This document shows, piece by piece, positions 1 to 8,655 of a DNA stretch of 64,000 nt (its first letter is position 1; each line of letters begins with the position of its first letter). The stretch spans positions 1-64,000 of IMG/VR virus record IMGVR_UViG_3300042691_019380. One strand, 5' to 3'. Source of the stretch: a virus. The notes beneath the pieces are model-generated. The model saw only the letters and a program-made list of their open reading frames with translations. It searched no databases and was not told the origin of the DNA. A program made the translations under genes and the position numbers.

Positions 1-232
1 AAAAGTTTCGCAGCCGCTCACGGAAGCACGCAGCCGGGGTCTTCGTCCGATTTTGGTTTTCAAACGCGACACTCCCCCGGAGTGGCCTTCTCCGAGCCTC
101 GCACAGATGGGGGTTCCAGTAAAGAAAAAATCTTCCAGGCCAAGAGAGGGCTCTCGCTTATGAGTTTGGGCTTTCCAATTTCGCGAATCTGGAAAAGCCC
201 CGCCTTGAAAAATCTGGGGAGCCCACCTTCGC

Positions 233-368
233 GACCTGTGACTTGAACTTTTTCGCTCAAGTCTTAGTAGAAGTAATTCCAAAACCCCTTGAAAAAAGCC
301 CTTCTCGCGATTTTGCGACTTGAAAACTTGTATTTTCAGAAATGAAGTGGATATTTTTTTTCCTATAG
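233..368. repeat. AT-rich origin-like element, copy A (homologous to 27509-27647)
   Basis: Shares colinear blocks GACCTGwGACyTGAA, CTCAAGTCT, AGTAGAA, AAACCC, GACTTG..ACTTGT, TGAAGT and ATTTTTTTTCCTATA with 27509-27647; non-coding and AT-rich in a GC-rich genome. Confidence 0.75.
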
Positions 369-487
369 GGGGGAAAAAGATTTTTTTGGGCCCACCTCCA
401 TATTTCGCTTCTAAGGGCTGATTTCTTTTTTGGTGTCAGGATAGCCTATCCAGACAAATAGGCCCTTAGAAAGCAAGCCAGGGGCCT

Positions 488-784
488 CTAATGCGATTTG
501 GCATCCTCATGCACCTTCTTGGCATTGCACTTGGCGCAGAGGCATTGCAGATTCTCCATTGTGTCCATTCCGCCCAATCTCTTTGGAATGACATGATCGC
601 AATGGGCCTCTCTGTGGTCAGTGCAGAGCCTCCCGCATGATCTGCATTGCCAGTTGTCTCTGAGAAGCACCTTGAGCCGGAGGGCCTCCCAGGCTTTGCC
701 TCCATATCCCCGCCTGGAGGCGCTGGGCTTTGTTGGCCTTTGGCGGCCTCGCTTGGGCTGGAAGAAAGAGAATCGCTCAGGCAT
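488..784 (-). CDS. HNH endonuclease (packaging-associated type)
   Basis: W..LR..VL.RD.WQC..CG, CDHVIP...GG, NLQCLC..CN..K; start taken at MPERF. Confidence 0.9.
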   Translation of the reverse strand: MPERFSFFQPKRGRQRPTKPSASRRGYGGKAWEALRLKVLLRDNWQCRSCGRLCTDHREAHCDHVIPKRLGGMDTMENLQCLCAKCNAKKVHEDAKSH

Positions 785-2612
785 CAGGGAACTTCGCTGC
801 TGGGACAATGACAACAACGCTGTTCGGGTCCCAGTAATTCACTGGCGTGTATCTGTTGTCGCGAGTGATCCTCACCTCATCCATCTTGCCTTCGATTTTG
901 CCATTCTCGTCGCCACCTATAGTCAGGTCTCCTAGCGAGTCGAGCCAGAAGCCGGTTTGGGCTCGCTGTGTGGCCGGTTGCCCCATCGTGGTCCCCACAA
1001 AGACATGGGTGCCGGTGAAGCACACGAATGTCCACTGGTTCCTAGATATTGTTCCCCATTCTTGCGAATCGTAGATATTGCCGTCTTCGTCTTTCGCGAG
1101 AAACTCAAGCAGGAAATTATCCGGCACGGACTGGTACGTGGCGTGTATTCCCCACATGCCTGTCCCGATTATCTTCGTCCTAGTTCCGCTTGCAGCCAGC
1201 CGAACCCAGAACTCAATGGCGTAAGTGTGACCGAGCGACCACGACGCGAGTTCTGTTTCTTGGTCTTCGGGGTCCATGACTGGCGGAACAACAAGCGGCG
1301 GAGTCGATGCCGAGTCTCCGTAGAAGCCTATCGAGTTGTATCCAGACGATTCGAATACTCCGCCCCACTCAAACCACCCCGGCCCTGTCACTGTCCTGTT
1401 TAGCGGTGAAGAGTCGGTCAGGTTTCCGAGTCCGCTAAAGTGCAGCAGCAAGACAACCTGATCGAACAGTGGGTCTATCGGAGTCCACGTAGACAGCGAG
1501 GCTCGCCTCCACTTGCCAGGAGGGTCGCTCTTGACGCACACGTAGAGGTTCTCGTCGTCTCTTGCGAGGTCGCCAACCGCCCCAATCGCCCAGTCAGGGC
1601 TTGGGGGCGGCGGCGAGTACCACTGCAAACCGACTTCAGAGCCAGAGATCGTGATCGTCGTCCCTGAAGCAGAAACGCCGACGCCACCCGATCCGACAAT
1701 CGAGAGCGATCCAGTGACTCCAGAGAGTGACTGCACGTACGGATGCGAATGCTCCTGCGTCGCCGCCGTTATGTCGCTTACTGACAGCACAACCTCGCCG
1801 GTTCTGCCTTGGACGCTTACGACGTTCGCAAACGAGGCGAGGTCCGTAATTTGCGAGGCCGAGTGCGTGTGAGAGCCAAAGTCGCTGATCTGGCTCGTCG
1901 AGTGCGTGTGAGAGAACTCAGCCGCAGTCACGTCCGCAGCCGTGATTGAGATATTTCCAGTTCTGCCCTGAACGGACAAGACCTTGGAGTTGTTTTGAAT
2001 TAAGGTGACGAGGCCAGAAACTTGCGACGTCGAGTGCGTGTGGAATGCCGGGGCGGCAGTTACGTCAATCGCAGACAGGAAGACAGCCCCAGTTCTGCCT
2101 TGCACGCTGGCAACAGGCGAGATTGCCTGGACCGCCTCAGCGAACCCAGATAACTCCGCAGCAGCGTGCGTGTGAGATGCACTTGCAGCCGTGATGTCCA
2201 CGACTCCCAAGACAACGCTGCCGGTTCTGCCGTTCACAGACAAAACCGGCGGGTCTCTGCCGATCACAGTGATCCCGCCGCCGGTGGTCGTGATCGTGAT
2301 GTTGTCGCCAGCAATGAATGGATTGATGCCAGCCGTGCCCACGATCGACGTGCTGGTCCCGTTCACGACGATCGAAGGGCCGATCCCTGGGGATAACTGC
2401 ACCTGAACTGCGTTGGTGCTTTGGGCTCCGCTGCTGACCGAGACTGGCGGGCTCCCAGGCGACGGGCCGCTGATTTGGACAGGCCCGCCATTGCTGCCTC
2501 CGCCAACGACCACGACAGAGCCGTTGGACTGGGAGACGGCGACCTCCACGGTCAGGCCATTCGAGGAAACTCCGGCCTGGACTGAGTCGCCATTGACGAT
2601 CGTGACGCTCAC
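777..2612 (-). CDS. Tail fibre-like protein with C-terminal LamG/ConA-like domain
   Basis: Repeated V.SV(N/Q)GRTG.V.L and HTH..SQI units; C-terminal VVLLLHF, IEFWVR, LTIGG, G.MDEVRITR..RY. Confidence 0.75.
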   Translation of the reverse strand: MSVTIVNGDSVQAGVSSNGLTVEVAVSQSNGSVVVVGGGSNGGPVQISGPSPGSPPVSVSSGAQSTNAVQVQLSPGIGPSIVVNGTSTSIVGTAGINPFIAGDNITITTTGGGITVIGRDPPVLSVNGRTGSVVLGVVDITAASASHTHAAAELSGFAEAVQAISPVASVQGRTGAVFLSAIDVTAAPAFHTHSTSQVSGLVTLIQNNSKVLSVQGRTGNISITAADVTAAEFSHTHSTSQISDFGSHTHSASQITDLASFANVVSVQGRTGEVVLSVSDITAATQEHSHPYVQSLSGVTGSLSIVGSGGVGVSASGTTITISGSEVGLQWYSPPPPSPDWAIGAVGDLARDDENLYVCVKSDPPGKWRRASLSTWTPIDPLFDQVVLLLHFSGLGNLTDSSPLNRTVTGPGWFEWGGVFESSGYNSIGFYGDSASTPPLVVPPVMDPEDQETELASWSLGHTYAIEFWVRLAASGTRTKIIGTGMWGIHATYQSVPDNFLLEFLAKDEDGNIYDSQEWGTISRNQWTFVCFTGTHVFVGTTMGQPATQRAQTGFWLDSLGDLTIGGDENGKIEGKMDEVRITRDNRYTPVNYWDPNSVVVIVPAAKFPDA

Positions 2613-2959
2613 GGACTTCTCGCGACAACAGCCCCAGAGAGGACCGTTCTGGTAATCACGCCCGGAGCAACCCAGCGAAAGTACCAGCGATACGGAACAC
2701 CCAGCGAAAGGGCGTTCGTCTGCGTCTCTGTCAGAGACAAGTTGATCTTCCCGGCTGCCAGATCAACCGGAGTCTGGTTGAAGTTCGTGGCGAGAGACCA
2801 CTGGGTCACGTCGCCACCAGACACGGCCACGACTTGGATAATCGGCGACGAAAACGTGTACCCGGTTAAGTCTTGGTCGAAGTCCAGCAGGACATTGAGT
2901 TCATCGCCCTGGACGAACTGGAAGTCCAGAGTATCCGGAAGTTGCGTGAATGTTGGCAC
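2609..2959 (-). CDS. Small virion structural/adaptor protein
   Basis: QGD..DLTGYTF..G.I.LSLT..QT.AL pattern; overlaps the fibre gene start. Confidence 0.55.
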   Translation of the reverse strand: MPTFTQLPDTLDFQFVQGDELNVLLDFDQDLTGYTFSSPIIQVVAVSGGDVTQWSLATNFNQTPVDLAAGKINLSLTETQTNALSLGVPYRWYFRWVAPGVITRTVLSGAVVARSP

Positions 2960-3012
2960 AGTGCTGTCCCTCCATGGACGGCACTGATTTTAAGTCTTGA
3001 CCTGGGCCTACC

Positions 3013-3372
3013 CTAAGTAAGCCAGCCGCCGTCGAGATTAGGCCTGTCCGCATCAAGAAGCATCTTCCTCTCTTCTCTCAGGGCCGCGATCTCTTGCCTC
3101 TGGAGACGAACCTCCCTGCGGAGAGACTCGTTGATGGCAAGAAGATGCTCGATTTTGGCGATCTCAGTCCCCACCGGCGGATGATTCTCGTCGTAGACGA
3201 CAAGTTTCGTGTGTCCGCCTATAGACGATCCGAAGTCATGTTCGTCGAGCCACTTGCAGAGCGAATCAGTCTCGCTCCGCAGGGTCCAGCCGCCCGAGCC
3301 AGCGTACCCCTTGGCGAGAACAATCTCCTCGCCTGTCTCGGTGTCACGAAGATAGAGTCGATTATTTGCCAT
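3013..3372 (-). CDS. Hypothetical protein with coiled-coil C-terminus
   Basis: SD-preceded ATG; part of a chain of overlapping ORFs. Confidence 0.55.
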   Translation of the reverse strand: MANNRLYLRDTETGEEIVLAKGYAGSGGWTLRSETDSLCKWLDEHDFGSSIGGHTKLVVYDENHPPVGTEIAKIEHLLAINESLRREVRLQRQEIAALREERKMLLDADRPNLDGGWLT

Positions 3373-3649
3373 ACTTCTCCTCCGCTTCCCGGCCGAATGC
3401 CTCCAGGGCTTCGCCGTGCCTGTAGGCGTGGCGAGACTTCTTGAGAAACCGGCACATCGTCTCCCATCGCTCTTTGCTGTCAGCCACCGTCTGCGGGTCG
3501 CTGCTTTTCAAGTTCCGCTCGTGGGCCGCCATCAGTTCCGCGAGTTTGTCGCGGTTGCCTTGTTGCAGAATCATCGTTGCCGGGAGCATCACTACGGCAG
3601 CAAGGACAACGCTGCCGACGATGCAAAACCACACGGGCAGTAGGTCCAT
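3362..3649 (-). CDS. Small membrane-anchored protein
   Basis: N-terminal hydrophobic helix; coupled overlap with neighbours. Confidence 0.5.
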   Translation of the reverse strand: MDLLPVWFCIVGSVVLAAVVMLPATMILQQGNRDKLAELMAAHERNLKSSDPQTVADSKERWETMCRFLKKSRHAYRHGEALEAFGREAEEKYGK

Positions 3650-4720
3650 CACTTCACCTCTGTCTGGCTGAGTTTGTTAATCGCCTGCTCCACCATCTCT
3701 CGGTGGTAGTCGATGCCAAGATGGCCCGGCGTGGTCACGCTCGCGGCAGTACCGTTTACCTCAATGCGAGTTTCCATCCAACAACCTGGCTGCCGCTCAC
3801 GGTACTGCTGGCTTATGACAACAACTTCGTACGCCATCACTTCACCTCCAGTGCCTTGCGAATCCGAGCCATGTCGCCCTGAATCTCTGACAGGTTGTAG
3901 AGCGCACCTAACGCGGCAGCGAACATGAGGAACCGCCAGAGATTGCCCCAACGGTCGCTGGGCTTCTCGTTCATCACTTCACCTCCTGGGGATCGTCCTT
4001 TTCGTAGACGCTGATCTTGTCGAGTGTTGCAAATGCGTCCTTCGACACCAGCACAAACCGGCGTGGGCTGGAGTTGCCGAACCGGACAACAAAGTCCGCA
4101 CTCCAGTCATCTCGGAACGTGAAATCCTTGTGCGTCCATCCGTCGAAAGCAAAGCCGTAAAATCGGTCTACCCATCCGACTATTTCATCGACATGCGGCT
4201 TTGTGGCAGCCCGCTGGGTTAACCTCGTCTCTGGCTGGCGGCTGCGCGGGGCGGGCGGGGCTGGCGGTGCGGGCGGTGCAGGTGGCGGCGGCCCCTTGGC
4301 TTTGGGATACCAGCATCCTCCATCGGCAAGGCGGATTGGCTCGATATCGTCCTCTCGCCGACGAGCGCCGCTGGCTAGTGCCAGCCACACGCCGATGGCT
4401 CCGCACGCCATGCAGGCTAGGTGGCTCCAGTCCATCAGATTGCCCCCCACCAGGAAACGATCCGATCCGTGATGTGCCGCAATGCGTCGAGAAAGACGTA
4501 GGAGGCCGTCACCCAAAGCAGCATCCGCTCGTGACCGTCCATTACTTCTCCTCCGGCGGCTCGTCAGCCACAGACTCTGCGGCATGAGGCTCCACAAATC
4601 CAGTGTCGTCCATCTTCACGCCGACGACCCACGGTGGCTGGCACGATGCTGCTACTGCCCACCCGGCTCGACCATCGACAATGCAACGAACTCGGTGCGG
4701 AGGATAGTACGGCAAGTCGT

Positions 4721-5068
4721 TCATCGCTTCGCCTCTGGCGGCTCGGGTAGCGGCATCCAGTGCGTCGGGTCGAGCATCGCCATCTCGTCGCCTACCCATC
4801 CGTCGGCGGCGTAATACGTCCCCATCTCTGGCTGGCGAAACGCCTTGTCGAACACCAAAACGCGGACGTTCTCTTCCGGCAGCCTCTCGCCCACCGGAAT
4901 CCATCGCTGGCAGTTGTTCTTCTCCTCCACGATGGCGTCGAGCAGTTCACGCGAGATGACCGTCCCGCGACACCCTTCGGGCCAGTGGATAACCACGCGG
5001 CCGGTCTTGTCCTCCGTGCAGGTCACGTTGTATTCGTAGCCGTATGGGAGGCGGGGGCTGTCGTTCAT
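4721..5068 (-). CDS. DUF551-family protein
   Basis: RWIPVGERLPE...THWMPLPEPP. Confidence 0.8.
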   Translation of the reverse strand: MNDSPRLPYGYEYNVTCTEDKTGRVVIHWPEGCRGTVISRELLDAIVEEKNNCQRWIPVGERLPEENVRVLVFDKAFRQPEMGTYYAADGWVGDEMAMLDPTHWMPLPEPPEAKR

Positions 5069-5376
5069 CACGTTGCCTCGTCGGGCGGAGAGGGCAGCGG
5101 TTGCCAGTGGGTAATGTTCCACAGTTTGCCTTCTTCGCTGAACCATTCGCCCGCCTTGACGTGTTCCGTGTCGCGGTCCCAGCGGTGGCAAACGAACACT
5201 CCAGGCCACCAATGGTCGCCTGCGTTTGAGGTTTGCCAGCCAAGCACTTCTTCGCCGTGTTCAGGCACACGCTCCTCGACCGAAATCCAGCGGGGCATCA
5301 ACTCGCTCACCGCCGCAATCGCGTCATCGCCACCCTGGCGGATGCGACGGTCAAAGTCTTTCATGTGGCTCATCAA
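5068..5376 (-). CDS. DUF551-family protein
   Basis: RWISVEERVPE...ITHWQPLPSPP. Confidence 0.8.
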   Translation of the reverse strand: MMSHMKDFDRRIRQGGDDAIAAVSELMPRWISVEERVPEHGEEVLGWQTSNAGDHWWPGVFVCHRWDRDTEHVKAGEWFSEEGKLWNITHWQPLPSPPDEAT

Positions 5377-5820
5377 CTACACCAAGGACAAGCCGTGTCG
5401 CAGTACGGGCATTGCCTGAACTCTTCGGCCCTGTCTTCGTTCATGTTGTAAGTGTCGGCGTACCCGCGAGCCTGAGACTCGCCGAGCGAGTCCAGCGACC
5501 ATAGAGAATTAACCGATCCGCTTGGGTCGACAAGCGCAAAACAGCCCTGCTGGCGACGCACTTCCCAGTCGCCGGTCATCCCTCCCACTCCGCCGAATGA
5601 TATCGACCGCCGTGGTAGGCATTGTCGGCGCGGCTCTGCGGCGACCCGCCGTACGATCCAGAGACGCCGACGCACGCGAGGCACCATGGCCCGTCGCCTC
5701 GCAGTTCCTCCAAAAGATGGAGCGAGTCCACCTTCATCTTGCACCGACAGCCCTTACACCACGACTCATAGAGACCGCCATCAATTGCCCGCCGTTTGGC
5801 AAGCGAAACAAGCCCCTCCA

Positions 5821-6126
5821 TCACTCCTCCTTCACGAACACCCCTTCTGGCGTGAGATATCCACGCCTGTCCTTGATTGTCTGGTACGCCGAGTCCAGGC
5901 TGTCTCGCACAGACAAGCCGGAGAGTTTCGCGTAGATGATCAGAGTCACGAGAACGTCGCCGAGGCCGTCGACTTTCTCGGCCAGATCGTTCTTAAGCGT
6001 GGCGTCGGCCAGTTCGCCGAGTTCGCTCATGGTCTTCATCAGTTGAGCCTGCGGCGTGCTGTTGGGAACGATCTTGCGAGCAGCAGCCCAGCCTTCGACG
6101 GCGAGGATCAGTTCATCGAGAGTCAT
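5821..6126 (-). CDS. MazG-like nucleotide pyrophosphohydrolase
   Basis: QLMKTMSELGELA...DGLGDVLVTLII...AY..IKDRRG...GVFVKE. Confidence 0.88.
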   Translation of the reverse strand: MTLDELILAVEGWAAARKIVPNSTPQAQLMKTMSELGELADATLKNDLAEKVDGLGDVLVTLIIYAKLSGLSVRDSLDSAYQTIKDRRGYLTPEGVFVKEE

Positions 6127-6389
6127 GTTCTGGGAACCTTTCGAGAAGAGTTTTCAGGGCCATCTGCAAGCGAGCCATGTCCTTGTGCGACGACGACGCC
6201 CACACGAGAGCCTCTCGCTCTCCGTCTGTCAGTGTGGCTGTGTCGCCGCTGCGAATCACGTTGTCTTGGAAGCGAACTAGAGACCGGAGCCTCTCGATCT
6301 CGTTCGCGGCGTCCTCCATGGTTACGCCGACCTCTGGCTCCCAGGCGACGTAGTGCCGGAGCCGTTCGACGATGTCTCGCGTATCCATA
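6113..6389 (-). CDS. Small modular phage protein (DIVERLR/EIERLR plus LTDxEREA module); start approximate
   Basis: MDTRDIVERLR..AANEIERLR..TLTDGEREAL..LLERF. Confidence 0.55.
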
Positions 6390-6393
6390 CAAC

Positions 6394-6819
6394 TCATTGC
6401 CCTTCTGTAGCCTGAATGAACCGAACTGGCAAGCCCTTTTTTGCCAGATGCTCTGGATAGCCATTGGCGATCATCCAGTCTTGGCAAGTTCCTTTTCGGT
6501 CCCAGAGTTTCGGGAAGCCGTATCTCCAGCCCGACGGCGGATCGACCCAGATTGGCCCATCATCGAGCCATGTTGGCTTTTCTTGAATGCGGGCATTTTC
6601 GACGGGCCAGCCCGCTGGTAAGTCGAAAACTTGCGAGCAATGCTCTGCTGCCTGGGCCATGTCTACGAGACTTGGGAAGTGCCTCAAGACTCGCCTCGCC
6701 TCTTCGCGGACTTCTCTTTTCACGCCCTTGATGCCGTTCTCGACATAAGGGCTCGACAGGCGAGTAAGAAACTCCCTGGCGTTCAGGACAGCGTTTGTTC
6801 TTTCAGATGGAATTGTCAT
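6394..6819 (-). CDS. BPSL0761-like protein
   Basis: MT.P.ERT.AV..AREFL..L...EARRVLRHFP. Confidence 0.65.
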   Translation of the reverse strand: MTIPSERTNAVLNAREFLTRLSSPYVENGIKGVKREVREEARRVLRHFPSLVDMAQAAEHCSQVFDLPAGWPVENARIQEKPTWLDDGPIWVDPPSGWRYGFPKLWDRKGTCQDWMIANGYPEHLAKKGLPVRFIQATEGQ

Positions 6820-7224
6820 CAGCACGACTCCGCGAAATCTTCTTTTTCAGAGAGCGATTGGCACTGCAACTCGTAGGCGTAGTTTGCGTACCACCGGGCT
6901 TGGTGCCGTGCCAACCACAACTCGTGCCGCAGCGTGTATTCAGGCAGCGGCACGCCGCAGACGAGTTGCCACTCCTCTGGCAGTCGCCATGTCAGACGGT
7001 CGTAGGCCCAGATGCTTAGGCTCACAAGCCAGCGGATGTTCGTTCGCGTGGCGGCGTCGTGGAACCGGTAGATAAGGGCGTTCCAGCGCCAGTTGAGGGC
7101 GTTTGCGATAGTTAGCATCTTTGATAATCCTCTTATGTTATCCAGCCGATAATCCGCGAAACCGCCTGGACGTTGTTGATTCCGCGACGGCGGCGGCGTG
7201 TTATGCGGAACCGTAGAAACACTG

Positions 7225-7526
7225 GTTCCACAACTACACGAACTCTCGCGGCGTCACAGCAATCATCTCATCCCAGAGAACGTCGCTTTTTACGCACGAA
7301 GCCACCGACTCAAGGACGACGAACTCCTGCCCAGTGCGCGACCGAGCAAGCCGCTCCGCCTCGCGCCGAGCCTCTTTCTCGGAGTCGTGACGGACAACCG
7401 GCTGCCCCATGGGACCAAGAACCATCCAAAACTTCTTTGTCATTGTGGAACCAGCGGATGCAGCGGACTCGCGATACCGTCTGCGGTGTAGTTTCGTCAG
7501 CGGTCGCGAGCCGCTGATCCTGCGTG
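7225..7526 (+). mobile_element. Integron-like gene cassette 1 (antisense ORF 7234-7443 plus attC-like site)
   Basis: Left boundary GTTCCACAA (7225-7233) is the exact reverse complement of TTGTGGAAC (7443-7451) at the start of the attC-like site. Confidence 0.65.
7234..7443 (-). CDS. Small hypothetical protein (cassette cargo)
   Basis: 69 aa, FW.V...P.VRH.S...A..EAERLA...F.VLE; fills the cassette exactly. Confidence 0.7.
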   Translation of the reverse strand: MTKKFWMVLGPMGQPVVRHDSEKEARREAERLARSRTGQEFVVLESVASCVKSDVLWDEMIAVTPREFV

Positions 7527-7532
7527 TTCTGC
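7445..7532 (+). mobile_element. attC-like recombination site 1
   Basis: GAAC-N-ATGCAGCGGACTCGCGA...TCGCGAGCCGCTGAT-N-GTTC; imperfect palindrome with two unpaired bases (G, A) on the left arm. Confidence 0.7.
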
Positions 7533-7781
7533 CTACCTTGAAGCCGCCGATGCGGCCTTGAGGAAATCCACGGTTGAGCGGTGCCGCTTCCGCTCTTGCT
7601 CAACCTGATCGGCAAGGTGTCCGACGACGGCCAGCAACTCGTCGCGACTAAGTTCCTGTATCGGCACCCCGAAAAACGTCATGCCTTGTGTCTTGCTAGA
7701 CCATTCCTGCGGAAACTTATGAACTGGCAGGCCCGAGCCAGAACCAGCCGATGCAACAGACCGCTCATTCGTATCGCTCAT
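7533..7781 (-). CDS. Small hypothetical protein (cassette 2 cargo; start lies inside attC-like site 2)
   Basis: SD GGAGG and ATG lie in the attC loop; N-terminus MSDTNERSVASAGS is encoded by the attC arm; stop abuts site 1. Confidence 0.65.
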   Translation of the reverse strand: MSDTNERSVASAGSGSGLPVHKFPQEWSSKTQGMTFFGVPIQELSRDELLAVVGHLADQVEQERKRHRSTVDFLKAASAASR

Positions 7782-7827
7782 GGTTGCCGCCTCCTTTGTT
7801 CGCGGCTGTTGATCCTGCGTGTTCTGT
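7738..7827 (+). mobile_element. attC-like recombination site 2
   Basis: CCAGAAC-CAGCCG-ATGCAACAGACCGC...GCGGCTGTTGAT-CCTGCGT-GTTCTGT; same architecture and same unpaired G and A as site 1. Confidence 0.7.
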
Positions 7828-7829
7828 GG

Positions 7830-8153
7830 TCATTTCGTCCGCTCCAGCAGGCCGCGAAGGGTGTCGGCGGCCTCCATATCCCATCTGGTGCATTCCACCG
7901 ACATATCCTGCACGCCCATCAGCGAGCAATATCCTCGCTCAATCGCCTCCCGCTCCGCGTCGGTTAACTTTGGAGTCGCATCCGCAGAAAACATCAGGTC
8001 GCATCGCGGGCAACTGACCGAAACGAGGCCGTTGCTGGCGGCAATCTCGCGCTTATCCCGCTCGTCCTGGCAAGCATCGCAGGATTGAAAAACCAACGGA
8101 GACGATTTGCCGTGCGGCTTCTCGCAGTAACAGCAGTTTGGGCTGCGTTTCAT
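7830..8153 (-). CDS. Cys-rich small protein with LTDAEREAI/TLRGLLER module
   Basis: CxxC pairs plus shared C-terminal module. Confidence 0.6.
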   Translation of the reverse strand: MKRSPNCCYCEKPHGKSSPLVFQSCDACQDERDKREIAASNGLVSVSCPRCDLMFSADATPKLTDAEREAIERGYCSLMGVQDMSVECTRWDMEAADTLRGLLERTK

Positions 8154-8340
8154 TTCTTTGCCCCATGTCGCTTTACGAGCCGTCGCAGGGCGTCATCAAC
8201 CGCCTTCGGCCCGCCGGTGCCGATGTAGTATTCGACCGCCTGCCTCTCGGCCTTTGTCATCCGCAGTCGCCTTGCTGACTTAAGTTTCTTACTCGCATCG
8301 CTGGCCGCACCAACGGCTCCCCAATACTGTTGATACCAAC

Positions 8341-8655
8341 TCATCTCCCACCTCCCAGCCGCTCCAGCAGGCCGCGCAGGGTGGCGGCGTTTACTGACTC
8401 ACGGCCATCGCCAGCGCCGCGAACAGCATATGCGTCGGCCGCAGTGCGAATCGCCTCCCGCTCCGCGTCGGTGAGTGCAGTTGTTGCGTTTTCTGCAACA
8501 GCCTCGTCCAGCCAGTCAGCGGCGTTGGCGATGATGGACAGCATGTCCATCTGGCCGATTGGCCCATCGCCAATCGTCAATTCCTGAAGCAGCATTTGCC
8601 GCAGCAGCGAACCAGCCGACCGCCTCGTCGGGATGACTGGATGCTCTTCGCTCAT
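8341..8655 (-). CDS. Small protein with LTDAEREAI/TLRGLLER module
   Basis: Start at MSEEH; shared C-terminal module. Confidence 0.55.
   Translation of the reverse strand: MSEEHPVIPTRRSAGSLLRQMLLQELTIGDGPIGQMDMLSIIANAADWLDEAVAENATTALTDAEREAIRTAADAYAVRGAGDGRESVNAATLRGLLERLGGGR

Noticed and set aside
60-260. 66-aa ORF at the left end
   Set aside because: No motif, weak start, and it overlaps the AT-rich repeated element
7119-7224. Third attC or attI site left of cassette 1
   Set aside because: Only weak partial palindromes (TTATC..GATAA, CCGCC/GGCGG); no clean AAC-L box architecture
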